Positions 1 to 13,478 are shown, numbered from the stretch's first letter. The stretch is 64,000 bases of DNA from Nemertoderma westbladi (GCA_032718475.1 JAUCBJ010005141.1:25954-89953), one strand, 5' to 3'. Notes: generated from the sequence alone by a model not told the origin. Numbers and translations: made by a program.

Positions 1-3000
1 TGATTTAACTTTAAACCGTTGGTTAAAGTCTCGGGTTCAGCTCTATTGATTTAACTTTAAACCGTTGGTTAAGGTCTCGGGTTCAGCTCTATTGATTTAA
101 CTTTAAACCGTTGGTTAAGGTCTCGAGTTCAGCTCTATTGATTTAACTTTAAACCGTTGGTTATGGTCTCGGGTTCAGCCCTATTGATTTAACTTTAAAC
201 CGTTGGTTAAGGTCTCGGGTTCAGCCCTATTGATTTAACTTTAAACCGTTGGTTAAGGTCTCGGGTTCAGCTCTTTTGATTTAACTTTAAACTGTTGGTT
301 AAGGTCTCGGGTTGAGCTCTATTGATTTAACTTTAAACCGTTGGTTAAGATCTCGGGTTCAGCTCTATTAATTTAACTTTAAACCGTTGGTTAAGGTCTC
401 GGGTTCAGCTCTTTTGATTTAACTTTAAACCGTTGGTTAAGGTCTCGGATTCAGCTCTATTGATTTAACTTTAAACCGTTGGTTAAGGTCTCGTGTTCAG
501 CCCTATTGATTTAACTTTAAACCGTTGGTTAAGGTCTCGGGTTCAGCTCTATTTATTTAACTTTAAACCGTTGGTTAAGGTCTCGGGTTCAGCTCTTTTG
601 ATTTAACTTTAAACCGTTGGTTAAGGTCTCGGATTCAGCTCTATTGATTTAACTTTAAACCGTTGGTTAAGGTCTCGTGTTCAGCCCTATTGATTTAACT
701 TTAAACCGTTGGTTAAGGTCTCGGGTTCAGCACTATTGATTTAACTTTAAACCGTTGGTTAAGGTCTCGGGTTCAGCTCTATTGATTTAACTTTAAGCCG
801 TTGGTTAAGGTCTCGGGTTCAGCTCTATTTATTTAACTTTAAACCGTTGGTTAAGGTCTCGGGTTCAGCTCTATTGATTTAACTTTAAACCGTTGGTTAA
901 GGTCTCGGGTTCAGCTCTATTGATTTAACTTTAAACAAATTGGTTAAGGTCTCGGGTTCAGCTCTATTGATTTAACTTTAAACCGTTGGTTAAGGTCTCG
1001 GGTTCAGCTCTATTGATTTAACTTTAAACAAATTGGTTAAGGTCTCGGGTTCAGCTCTATTGATTTAACTTTAAACCGTTGGTTAAGGTCTCGGGTTCAG
1101 CCCTATTGATTTAACTTTAAACCGTTGGTTAAGGTCTCGGGTTCAGCTCTTTTGATTTAACTTTAAACTGTTGGTTAAGGTCTCGGGTTCAGCTCTATTG
1201 ATTTAACTTTAAACCGTTGGTTAAGATCTCGGGTTCAGCTCTATTGATTTAACTTTAAACCGTTGGTTAAGGTCTCGGGTTCAGCTCTTTTGATTTAACT
1301 TTAAACCGTTGGTTAAGGTCTCGGATTCAGCTCTATTGATTTAACTTTAAACCGTTGGTTAAGGTCTCGTGTTCAGCCCTATTGATTTAACTTTAAACCG
1401 TTGGTTAAGGTCTCGGGTTCAGCTCTATTTATTTAACTTTAAACCGTTGGTTAAGGTCTCGGGTTCAGCTCTTTTGATTTAACTTTAAACCGTTGGTTAA
1501 GGTCTCGGATTCAGCTCTATTGATTTAACTTTAAACCGTTGGTTAAGGTCTCGTGTTCAGCCCTATTGATTTAACTTTAAACCGTTGGTTAAGGTCTCGG
1601 GTTCAGCACTATTGATTTAACTTTAAACCGTTGGTTAAGGTCTCGGGTTCAGCTCTATTGATTTAACTTTAAGCCGTTGGTTAAGGTCTCGGGTTCAGCT
1701 CTATTTATTTAACTTTAAACCGTTGGTTAAGGTCTCGGGTTCAGCTCTATTGATTTAACTTTAAACCGTTGGTTAAGGTCTCGGGTTCAGCTCTATTGAT
1801 TTAACTTTAAACAAATTGGTTAAGGTCTCGGGTTCAGCTCTATTGATTTAACTTTAAACCGTTGGTTAAGGTCTCGGGTTCAGCTCTATTGATTTAACTT
1901 TAAACAAATTGGTTAAGGTCTCGGGTTCAGCTCTATTGATTTAACTTTAAACCGTTGGTTAAGGTCTCGGGTTTAGCTCTATTGATTTAACTTTAAACCG
2001 TCGGTTAAGGTCTCGGGTTCAGCTCTATTGATTTAACTTTAAACAAATTGGTTAAGGTCTCGGGTTCAGCTCTATTGATTTAACTTTAAACCGTTGGTTA
2101 AGGTCTCTGGTTCAGCTCTATTGATTTAACTTTAAACCGTTGGTTAAGGTATCGAGTTCAGCTCTATTGATTTAACTTTAAACCGTTGGTTAAGGTCTCT
2201 GGTTCAGCTCTATTGATTTAACTTTAAACCGTTGGTTAAGGTGTCGGGTTCAGCTCTATTGATTTAACTTTAAACCGTTGGTTAAGGTCTCGGGTTCAGC
2301 TCTATTGATTTAACTTTAAACCGTTGGTTAAGGTATCGGGTTCAGCTCTATTGATTTAACTTTAAACCGTTGGTTAAGGTCTCGGGTTCAGCTATTTATT
2401 TAACTTTAAACCGTTGGTTAAGGTCTCGGGTTTAGCCCTATTTATTTAACTTTAAACCGTTGATTAAGGTCTCGGATTCAGCCCTATTGATTTAACTTTA
2501 AACCGTTGGTTAAGGTCTCGGGTTCAGTTCTATGGATTTAACTTTAAACCGTTGGTTAAGGTCTCGGGTTCAGCTCTATTGATTTAACTTTAAACCGTTG
2601 GTTAAGGTCTCTGGTTCAGCTCTATTGATTTAACTTTAAACCGTTGGTTAAGGTCTCGAGTTCAGCTCTATTGATTTAACTTTAAACCGTTGGTTAAGGT
2701 CTCTGGTTCAGCTCTATTGATTTAACTTTAAACCGTTGGTTAAGGTCTCGGGTTCAGCTCTATTGATTTAACTTTAAACCGTTGGTTAAGGTCTCGGGTT
2801 CAGCTCTATTGATTTAACTTTAAACCGTTGGTTAAGGTCTCGGGTTCAGCTCTATTGATTTAACTTTAAACAAATTGGTTAAGGTCTCGGGTTCAGCTCT
2901 ATTGATTTAACTTTAAACCGTTGGTTAAGGTCTCGGGTTCAGCTCTATTGATTTAACTTTAAACAAATTGGTTAAGGTCTCGGGTTCAGCTCTATTGATT

Positions 3001-6000
3001 TAACTTTAAACCGTTGGTTAAGGTCTCGGGTTTAGCTCTATTGATTTAACTTTAAACCGTCGGTTAAGGTCTCGGGTTCAGCTCTATTGATTTAACTTTA
3101 AACAAATTGGTTAAGGTCTCGGGTTCAGCTCTATTGATTTAACTTTAAACCGTTGGTTAAGGTCTCGGGTTCAGCTCTATTGATTTAACTTTAAACCGTT
3201 GGTTAAGGTATCGGGTTCAGCTCTATTGATTTAACTTTAAACCGTTGGTTAAGGTCTCGGGTTCAGCTATTTATTTAACTTTAAACCGTTGGTTAAGGTC
3301 TCGGGTTTAGCCCTATTTATTTAACTTTAAACCGTTGATTAAGGTCTCGGATTCAGCCCTATTGATTTAACTTTAAACCGTTGGTTAAGGTCTCGGGTTC
3401 AGTTCTATGGATTTAACTTTAAACCGTTGGTTAAGGTCTCGGGTTCAGCTCTATTGATTTAACTTTAAACCGTTGGTTAAGGTCTCTGGTTCAGCTCTAT
3501 TGATTTAACTTTAAACCGTTGGTTAAGGTCTCGAGTTCAGCTCTATTGATTTAACTTTAAACCGTTGGTTAAGGTCTCTGGTTCAGCTCTATTGATTTAA
3601 CTTTAAACCGTTGGTTAAGGTCTCGGGTTCAGCTCTATTGATTTAACTTTAAACCGTTGGTTAAGGTCTCGGGTTCAGCCCTATTGGTTTAACTTTAAAC
3701 AAATTGGTTAAGGTCTCGGGTTCAGCTCTATTGATTTAACTTTAAACCGTTGGTTAAGGTCTCGGGTTCAGCTCTATTGATTTAACTTTAAACCGTTGGT
3801 TAAGGTCTCGGGTTCAGCTCTATTGATTTAACTTTAAACCTTTGGTTATGGTCTCGGGTTCAGCTCTATTGATTTAACTTTAAACCTTTGGTTAAGGTCT
3901 CGGGTTCAGCTCTATTGATTTAACTTTAAACCGTTGGTTCAGCTCTATTGATTTAACTTTAAACCGTTGGTTAAGGTCTCGGGTTCAGCTCTATTGATTT
4001 AACTTTAAACCGTTGGTTAAGGTCTCGGGTTCAGCTCTATTGATTTAACTTTAAACCGTTGGTTAAGGTCTCGGGTTCAGCTCTATTGATTTAACTTTAA
4101 ACCGTTGGTTAAGGTCTCGGGTTCAGCTCTATTGATTTAACTTTAAACCGTTGGTTAAGGTCTCGGGTTCAGCTCTATTGATTTAACTTTAAACCGTTGG
4201 TTAAGGTCTCGGGTTCAGCTCTATTGATTTAACTTTAAACCGTTGGTTAAGGTCTCGGGTTCAGCTCTATTGATTTAACTTTAAACCGTTGGTTAAGGTC
4301 TCGGGTTCAGCTCTATTGATTTAACTTTAAACCGTTGGTTAAGGTCTCGGGTTCAGTTCTATTGATTTAACTTTAAACCGTTGGTTAAGGTCTCGGGTTC
4401 AGCTCTATTGATTTAACTTTAAACCGTTGGTCAAGGTCTCGGGTTCAGCCCTATTGATTTAACTTTAAACCGTTGGTTAAGGTCTCGGGTTCAGCTCTAT
4501 TGATTTAACTTTAAACCGTTGGTTAAGGTCTCGGGTTCAGCTCTATTGATTTAACTTTAAACCGTTGGTTAAGGTCTCGGGTTCAGCTCTATTGATTTAA
4601 CTTTAAACGTTTGGTTAAGGTCTCGGGTTCAGCCCTTTTGATTTAACTTTAAACCGTTGGTTAAGGTCTCGGGTTCAGCTCTATTGATTTATCTTTAAAC
4701 CGTTGGTTAAGGTCTCGGGTTCAGCTCTATTGATTTAACTTTAAACCGTTGGTTAAGGTCTCGGGTTCAGCTCTATTGATTTAACTTTAAACCGTTGGTT
4801 AAGGTCTCGGGTTCAGCTCTATTGACTATTGATTTAACTTTAAACCGTTGGTTAAGGTCTCGTGTTCAGCTCTATTGATTTCACTTTAAACCGTTGGTTA
4901 AGGTTTCGGGTTCAGCTCTATTGATTTAACTTTAAACCGTTGGTTAAGGTCTCGGGTTCAGCTCTATTAACTTTAAACCGTTGGTTAATGTCTCGGGTTC
5001 AGCTCTATTGATTTAACTTTAAACCATTGGTTAAGGTCTCGGGTTCAGTTCTATTGATTTAACTTTAAACCGTTGGTTAAGGTCTCGGGTTCAGCTCTAT
5101 TAACTTTAAACCGTTGGTTAAGGTCTCGGGTTCAGCTCTATTAACTTTAAACCGTTGGTTAAGGTCTCGGGTTCAACTCCATTGATTTAACTTTAAACCG
5201 TTGGTTAAGGTCTCGGGTTCAGCTCTATTGATTTAACTTTAAACCGTTTGTTAAGGTCTCGGGTTCAGCTCTATTGATTTAACTTTAAACCGTTGGTTAA
5301 TGTCTCGGGTTCAGCTCTATTTATTTAACTTTAAACCATTGGTTAATGTCTCGGGTTCAGCTCTATTGATTTAACTTTAAACCGTTGGTTAAGGTCTCGG
5401 GTTCAGCTCTATTGATTTAACTTTAAACCGTTGGTTAAGGTCTCGGGTTCAGCTCTATTGATTTAACTTTAAACCGTTGGTTAAGGTCTCGGGTTCAGCT
5501 CTATTGATTTAACTTTAAACCGTTGGTTAAGGTCTCGGGTTCAGCTCTATTAACTTTAAACCGTTGGTTAAGGTCTCGGGTTCAGCTCTATTAACTTTAA
5601 ACCGTTGGTTAAGGTCTCGGGTTCAGCTCTATTGATTTAACTTTAAACCGTTGGTTAAGGTCTCGGGTTCAGCTCTATTAACTTTAAACCGTTGGTTAAG
5701 GTCTCGGGTTCAGCTCTATTCATTTAACTTCTAACCTTTTGGTTAAGGTCTCGGGTTCAGCTCTATTGATTTAACTTTAAACCGTTGGTTAAGGTCTTGG
5801 GTTCAGCTCTATTGATTTAACTTTAAACCGTTGGTTAAGGTCTCGGGTTCAGCTCTATTGATTTAACTTTAAACCGTTGGTTAAGGTCTCGGGTTCAGCT
5901 CTATTGATTTAACTTTAAACCGTTGGTTAAGGTCTCGGGTTCAGCTCTATTGATTTAACTTTAAACCGTTGGTTAAGGTCTCGGGTTCAGCTCTATTGAT

Positions 6001-8465
6001 TTAACTTTAAACCGTTGGTTAAGGTCTCGGGTTCAGCTCTATTGATTTAACTTTAAACCGTTGGTCAAAGTCTCGGGTTCAGCCCTATTGATTTAACTTT
6101 AAACCGTTGGTTAAGGTCTCGGGTTCAGCTCTATTGATTTAACTTTAAACCGTTGGTTAAGGTCTCGGGTTCAGCTCTATTGATTTAACTTTAAACCGTT
6201 GGTTAAGGTCTCGGGTTCAGCTCTATTGATTTAACTTTAAACGTTTGGTTAAGGTCTCGGGTTCAGCCCTTTTGATTTAACTTTAAACCGTTGGTTAAGG
6301 TCTCGGGTTCAGCTCTATTGATTTATCTTTAAACCGTTGGTTAAGGTCTCGGGTTCAGCTCTATTGATTTAACTTTAAACCGTTGGTTAAGGTCTCGGGT
6401 TCAGCTCTATTGATTTAACTTTAAACCGTTGGTTAAGGTCTCGGGTTCAGCTCTATTGACTATTGATTTAACTTTAAACCTTTGGTTAAGGTCTCGTGTT
6501 CAGCTCTATTGATTTCACTTTAAACCGTTGGTTAAGGTTTCGGGTTCAGCTCTATTGATTTAACTTTAAACCGTTGGTTAAGGTCTCGGGTTCAGCTCTA
6601 TTAACTTTAAACCGTTGGTTAATGTCTCGGGTTCAGCTCTATTGATTTAACTTTAAACCATTGGTTAAGGTCTCGGGTTCAGTTCTATTGATTTAACTTT
6701 AAACCGTTGGTTAAGGTCTCGGGTTCAGCTCTATTAACTTTAAACCGTTGGTTAAGGTCTCGGGTTCAGCTCTATTAACTTTAAACCGTTGGTTAAGGTC
6801 TCGGGTTCAACTCCATTGATTTAACTTTAAACCGTTGGTTAAGGTCTCGGGTTCAGCTCTATTGATTTAACTTTAAACCGTTGGTTAAGGTCTCGGGTTC
6901 AGCTCTATTGATTTAACTTTAAACCGTTGGTTAATGTCTCGGGTTCAGCTCTATTTATTTAACTTTATACCATTGGTTAATGTCTCGGGTTCAGCTCTAT
7001 TGATTTAACTTTAAACCGTTGGTTAAGGTCTCGGGTTCAGCTCTATTGATTTAACTTTAAACCGTTGGTTAAGGTCTCGGGTTCAGCTCTATTGATTTAA
7101 CTTTAAACCGTTGGTTAAGGTCTCGGGTTCAGCTCTATTGATTTAACTTTAAACCGTTGGTTAAGGTCTCGGGTTCAGCTCTATTAACTTTAAACCGTTG
7201 GTTAAGGTCTCGGGTTCAGCTCTATTAACTTTAAACCGTTGGTTAAGGTCTCGGGTTCAGCTCTATTAACTTTAAACCGTTGGTTAAGGTCTCGGGTTCA
7301 GCTCTATTCATTTAACTTCTAACCTTTTGGTTAAGGTCTCGGGTTCAGCTCTATTGATTTAACTTTAAACCGTTGGTTAAGGTCTTGGGTTCAGCTCTAT
7401 TGATTTGACTTTAAACCGTTGGTTAAGGTCTCGGGTTCAGCTCTATTGATTTAACTTTAAACCGTTGGTTAAGGTCTCGGGGTAAGGTCTCGGGTTCAGC
7501 TCTATTGATTTAACTTTAAACCGTTGGTTAAGGTCTCGCGTTCAGCTCTATTGATTTAACTTTAAACCTTTTGGTTAAGGTCTTGGGTTCAGCTCTATTA
7601 ACTTTAAACCGTTGGTTAAGGTCTCGGGTTCAGCTCTATTAACTTTAAACCGTTGGTTAAGGTCTCGGATTCAGCTCTATTGTTTTAACTTTAAACCGTT
7701 GGTTAAGGTCTTGGGTTCAGCTCTATTGATTTAACTTTAAACCGTTGGTTAAGGTCTCGGGTTCAGCTCTATTGATTTAACTTTAAACCGTTGGTTAATG
7801 TCTCGGGTTCAGCTCTATTTACTTAACTTTAAACCATTGGTTAATGTCTCGGGTTCAGCTCTATTGATTTAACTTTAAACCGTTGGTTAAGGTCTCGGGT
7901 TCAGCTCTATTGATTTAACTTTAAACCGTTGGTTAAGGTCTCGGGTTCAGCTCTATTGATTTAACTTTAAACCGTTGGTTAAGGTCTCGGGTTCAGCTCT
8001 ATTGATTTAACTTTAAACCGTTGGTTAAGGTCTCGGGTTCAGCTCTATTAACTTTAAACCGTTGGTTAAGGTCTCGGGTTCAGCTCTATTAACTTTAAAC
8101 CGTTGGTTAAGGTCTCGGGTTCAGCTCTATTGATTTAACTTTAAACCGTTGGTTAAGGTCTCGGGTTCAGCTCTATTAACTTTAAACCGTTGGTTAAGGT
8201 CTCGGGTTCAGCTCTATTCATTTAACTTCTAACCTTTTGGTTAAGGTCTCGGGTTCAGCTCTATTGATTTAACTTTAAACCGTTGGTTAAGGTCTTGGGT
8301 TCAGCTCTATTGATTTGAAACCGTTGGTTAAGGTCTCGGGTTCAGCTCTATTGATTTAACTTTAAACCGTTGCTTAAGGTCTCGGGTTCAGCTCTATTGA
8401 TTTAACTTTAAACCGTTGGTTAAGGTCTCGGGTTCAGTTCTATTGATTTAACTTTAAACCGTTGG
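1..8465. repeat. 46-bp tandem satellite (~184 units; probably continues left of the window)
   Basis: Consensus TGATTTAACTTTAAACCGTTGGTTAAGGTCTCGGGTTCAGCTCTAT repeats head-to-tail (units start at 1, 47, 93...). There are 41-bp (5-bp deletion) and 47-bp (CAAATT) variants and no spacers. Confidence 0.98.
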
Positions 8466-9084
8466 CAAAATTCTGACAGTTAACTTCGACAGTCCTCAAA
8501 GCTCAAAGGTTGGTGTTCTTGAGTATGTGAATGACTTCTGCTTCTTGGGATCATTGATTCTGAAATCAGTTGATGACCCTCAAATACGTAAGGGAGGCAC
8601 TGGGCAGCATTGAATGGGCTGCCCAGGATTTTGAAGTCACATAGAATGCATTAGAATCTTCAGGTTGGATGATTTAGAGAAGTTAGTTGGAGAACCGGTA
8701 CTCTTAAATTGGAGTTCAAGCTGGCCTCTTACTGCTGAAGTGACGAGGACAACAAATCTAATCTCTCGACGACATGTATACAAGAATGTTACGCACACAG
8801 AGACACAGTACAATTCGCACATCTCCAACCAGACAATATACAATATTTGAAGTGTCTCCCCAGTCCCCCAAGGTTGACACTTGAACAGTAACGGAGGCGC
8901 GTCTGATTTTCAAGAGATTGCTTCCGCCTTGAGGACCAGCCAGTGCACAATCATGTGCTTCGGCAGCCTCATGGAGATAATAAGTATTGTGGGCCCTAGG
9001 CAGCCCTTAACTATGTAATAATACAATGATCAATAATAAAACTTGAAGACTGTATGTAACTCATTTAGTATTAGTAGTAGTAGT
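8466..9084 (+). mobile_element. Degenerate 3' fragment of an RTE-type non-LTR retrotransposon
   Basis: Translates as KILTVNFDSPQ..SKVGVLEYVNDFCFLGS and YNSHISNQTIYNI, matching the RT ORF at 18026-19307 (KILTVNFESPQ..HVDDFCYLGS, YNAHISNQTLYNI). Frameshifted; a (TAG)n run lies at ~9066-9084. Confidence 0.85.
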
Positions 9085-9085
9085 T

Positions 9086-9304
9086 ATTCGATTAAAAACG
9101 ATTAAAAGCTAGAGTCGATGTAGTCAAAAAAGACAAATTCATGGAAGCCTGTTTTACCAGTAATACTGATATTTTTGTTGAATTGAAAAAGTAACCTGGT
9201 ACTAATGGACAGAACATTAGTACAGTTATAGATGGTGAGATAGACGGGCAGTCTATTGCAAATAGGTTTGCTAGTATATACCGTGTTTTATATAATCAAG
9301 ATTA
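9086..9304 (+). mobile_element. Probable fragment of a different LINE ORF2 (endonuclease-RT linker)
   Basis: One frame reads KDKFMEACFTSNTDIFVELKK*PGTNGQNISTVIDGEIDGQSIANRFASIYRVLYNQD. The IDG...IAN.F...Y..LYN pattern resembles the linker upstream of RT in CR1/L2-group elements. Confidence 0.5.
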
Positions 9305-9579
9305 TGAACAAAGCCGCCTCCGCTTTGTAGGACATTGCTTTAGCCGTGAGGACCAGCTAGAGCATAATCTTGTGCTTTGGCAGCCTCATGGAGTGAATAA
9401 GTATGGTGGACAGCCCATGGCTTTCTTGAGACGCAACTTAAAGGACACTGGCCTTGAAGATGCGGATGATCTGGCATTTGTCATGGGTGATAGGGAGTTG
9501 TTGCAGCCCAAATTTGTCGACAAGCCGGCACAGCATTCTTAAAAATGCAGCTGCAATGCAGCATGCCGATCCTAGTAGT
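9305..9579 (+). mobile_element. Second 3'-end fragment of the same RTE-type LINE
   Basis: Close reverse complement of 17828-18100; ends ...GCAGCATGCCGATCCTAGTAGT with the same (TAG)n tail. Confidence 0.9.
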
Positions 9580-9904
9580 TTATGAGTATCAGTTAATTAA
9601 ATCATTTTTAAACACAAAAAATCTGAGGGTTCCTTGATGGTCGCTGCGATAACATATCTTATTTTAAGATGAAGACTTGGTGAACGGCTTGCCGACGAGA
9701 TATGTTCTGTTCACTTTCAACCACTTTCACACAGAAATGCAGACTTGTCCGACACTGGCGGGTGCGAAATATTGTTTTATATATACATAGTTGATAATTA
9801 GTAACTAAATTGACTTCATTTGCTCTAAATAAATGTTGGTTAAAACATTTCGGCAAAATGATTGAGGAGAAAAAAAAAGGGATAAATATATATTTATGTA
9901 GAAT

Positions 9905-10235
9905 GAAAATGTGGGTTAATATATTTCTTCAGTTTGAAAATGTGGGTTAAATATAATTCTGCAGAATGGAACTGTGGGTTAATATATTTCTGCAGAAAGG
10001 AACTATGGGTTAATATATTTCTGCAGAAAGGAACTGTGGGTTATTTATTACATTTCTGCAAAATCAAGAAGGTGGATTTGACACATGTGGGTTGGAATTT
10101 GTTTTTTTTTTCCAGCTTTTCAGTCGTGATTTCGACTCTCGGTTTTTTTAAACGATTTTCAATCATCCCAGGCAGCCTACAGTATGACGTCACTAAGTCG
10201 AAATTGACCAAAATGTGGGTTAATACATTTCTGCA
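9905..10235. repeat. Short degenerate ~31-bp repeat cluster
   Basis: About 5 tandem copies of GAACTGTGGGTTAATATATTTCTGCAGAAAG at 9905-10060, plus a detached copy near 10210-10235. Confidence 0.7.
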
Positions 10236-10883
10236 AAACACCGTCCGTATAACAATGTTTTACACCAGTAACCTGTATTCTGTTCAGTTGATCTGTAGGC
10301 CTATAATATTAAAACAAGTCATCCGGGGAAAAGTTTGGAAAAATTTTTTTTGAATCAATTAATATTTGTAAAATATGGGAAAGTAGCAGGTTTCAGTTGC
10401 GGTGTTTTCTAACCAAAACAAGAAACAAAACTAGTATTCGCAATTAAGGGAAAAGAGCAGTTTATAGTTGCTCATCGGGAATCCCATACTGCAACATATC
10501 CCCGACTTCGTCATATGTAAAACCAGTAAGAACTGACCATCTCACCTGTTTTAACTCGGCATAGATATTTACATATACCCACCCTCCACATATTACCATG
10601 AGTAAGAGGGTATGGCAAATTATCACTTATAGAGAGTGTTATTGCACCACACGAAGAAATATCACTCATATTGCACTCATTACAGATTCGTCTAAGATTG
10701 AAACCGCAGGACCGCTACGACTCAGACAATTATTCCAAACCAGATTAGCCAAAAACCAAAGCCAAAAACCTAACACAAAGTTTCTCAGATGCGAAAAGTT
10801 TGCTACCTACTTCGATATCATAATTATAGGTCGCTCAAAACCTACAGTAACTCCTCAACTATGAAACGATGAACATTATATGG

Positions 10884-12292
10884 CAAAGTCCACACTAGTC
10901 GGACGTTGCTATTCCACACAAAGTCCACACTAGCCGGACGGTGCTATTCCACACAAAGTCCACACTAGCCGGACGGTGCTATTCCACACAAAGTCCACAC
11001 TAGTCGGACGTTGCTATTCCACACAAAGTCCACACTAGTCGGACGTTGCTATTCCACACAAAGTCCATACTAGTCGGACGTTGCTATTCCACACAAAGTC
11101 CACACTAGTCGGACGTTGCTATTCCACACAAAGTCCACACTAGTCGGACGTTGCTATTCCACACAAAGTCCACACTAGTCGGACGTTGCTATTCCACACA
11201 AAGTCCACACTAGTCGGACGTTGCTATTCCACACAAAGTCCACACTAGTCGGACGTTGCGATTCCACACAAATTCCACACTAGTCGGACGTTGCTATTCC
11301 ACACAAAGTCCACACTAGTCGGACGTTGCTATTCCACACAATGTCCACACTAGTCGGACGTTGCTATTCCACACAAAGTCCACACTAGCCGGACGGTGCT
11401 ATTCCACACAAAGTCCACACTAGCCGGACGGTGCTATTCCACACAAAGTCCACACTAGTCGGACGTTGCTATTCCACACAAAGTCCACACTAGTCGGACG
11501 TTGCTATTCCACACAAAGTCCACACTAGTCGGACGTTGCTATTCCACACAAAGTCCACACTAGTCGGACGTTGCTATTCCACACAAAGTCCACACTAGTC
11601 GGACGTTGCTATTCCACACAAAGTCCACACTAGTCGGACGTTGCGATTCCACACAAATTCCACACTAGTCGGACGTTGCTATTCCACACAAAGTCCACAC
11701 TAGTCGGACGTTGCTATTCCACACAAAGTCCACACTAGTCGGACGTTGCTATTCCACACAAAGTCCACACTAGCCGGACGGTGCTATTCCACACAAAGTC
11801 CACACTAGCCGGACGGTGCTATTCCACACAAAGTCCACACTAGTCGGACGTTGCTATTCCACACAAAGTCCACACTAGTCGGACGTTGCTATTCCACACA
11901 AAGTCCACACTAGTCGGACGTTGCTATTCCACACAAAGTCCACACTAGTCGGACGTTGCTATTCCAAACAAAGTCCACACTAGTCGGACGTTGCTATTCC
12001 ACACAAATTCCACACTAGTCGGACGTTGCTATTCCACACAAAGTCCACACTAGTCGGACGTTGCTATTCCACACAAAGTCCACACTAGTCGGACGTTGCT
12101 ATTCCACACAAAGTCCACACTAGCCGGACGGTGCTATTCCACACAAAGTCCACACTAGCCGGACGGTGCTATTCCACACAAAGTCCACACTAGTCGGACG
12201 TTGCTATTCTACACAAAGTCCACACTAGTCGGACGTTGCTATTCCACACAAAGTCCACACTAGTCGGACGTTGCTATTCCACACAAAGTCCA
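10884..12292. repeat. 35-bp tandem satellite, left arm (~40 units)
   Basis: Unit AAGTCCACACTAGTCGGACGTTGCTATTCCACACA; interrupted mid-unit by the LTR at 12293. Confidence 0.98.
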
Positions 12293-13467
12293 TGTAAAGG
12301 CTTTTGCGGATCTAGCTAGTCATTTTCCCCGCAAAGTACTCTGTAGGTGTTTTAGCGGACATAAAAAGCCGTTTCCTTACTGTACAGGTGTTTTAGTGGA
12401 CATAAAAAGCTATTTCTTCTGTATGTGTACTTTAGCGGACATAACTAGCGATTTTATGTCGCAATACGCCAAAATACTCTTGATACAGTGTAGTTCAGAT
12501 GACGACATCTATCAGCTGATATGTCCACGTATAACTTGTCTTTGTTCTTTGTTCGGCTCGACCAATCAGAGCGATTTTCGTTTTATTTGTACAGAAGCCT
12601 CCGGGAAATCGCGCAATGCATTATGGTCTTTGTTTACCTTTTTTCCTGATGCCAGAACATCGGCTGTGGAATTATTCTGTGTTTCAGACTTTAGCCAAAC
12701 ATTAGAACGGCTTTGATCATAGAAACGTATAACTGTTATTCTATCTACCACTTATCATATCATACTATACATACCTTTCACCGCATTATTGTACTGCTAT
12801 TTACTGTCGGTTATTAAGTGTTATCATTTGATGGATATGTTGTTATATTTGGAGAATATCGATAAATAATCAGAAAACCCCAATCTTCTTGATATACTGA
12901 AGGTTAGAGAGACCGGTTACATATAGCAATTGCGACTCACATTATATTGGTTTTGGAGTGAATTGAATGCTATTTCATAGACCCTACATGTGTCAGTTGA
13001 TGTTCTCCTTATATATGATTAAAATTAGTAAAGGTCGGCAGATCAGTGTGCAGCAGTGTGCGGTAGTGTGCATGAGTATGATAGATAACAAAGCATTTCC
13101 TAAAGAATGCGCCTTATACGTAAATCATAAGCCATCCCGTTGTGTTTAGTGTAAGTCATAACTCTGTTTACATACTTAGAGCACCACGTCCTAAAGGAAC
13201 TGTTAATATTTCCCGAAAGTGAATAATATTTGTCAGAGATATTATAATAACGATCAATCGAATAGTACAGTAGGCCTACACCGCAATAAGGTCAGAGCAT
13301 CCGAATCCAGTCTCCCTTAACCGTGGGTGAATGATCGCGCATAGGCTGGCTTCGGCTAATGTAGCTTTATGTGTATCAAATACTTGTTATAGGCTAAAGT
13401 CGATTTATAACCTAGAAGACACCTAAATTTGGCAGGTTAAACTGCTAAAGGTCTAAAAGAGCGAACA
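12293..13467 (+). repeat. 5' LTR of element A
   Basis: Runs TGTAAAGGC...GCGAACA; about 14 substitutions versus 46640-47814; CCAAT box near 12562. Confidence 0.97.
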
Positions 13468-13478
13468 ATAACAGTTAT
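13468..13478 (+). promoter_or_regulatory. Non-tRNA primer-binding-site position, complementary to LTR 12729-12739
   Basis: ATAACAGTTAT directly follows the LTR with no TGG. It is the exact reverse complement of ATAACTGTTAT at 12729-12739. Confidence 0.55.

Noticed and set aside
1-8465. Telomeric repeat
   Set aside because: The 46-bp unit has no canonical TTAGGG/TTAGG tandem tract.
10884-12292. CRISPR array (35-bp units; likewise the 46-bp and 23-bp arrays)
   Set aside because: Units are head-to-tail with no unique spacers, there are no cas genes, and the context is eukaryotic.
12396-13149. Short ORFs inside LTRs (repeated at 46743-47496, 23432 and 34359)
   Set aside because: They recur only because the LTRs are duplicated, often have non-ATG starts, and are not maintained as the same ORF between LTR A and LTR B.
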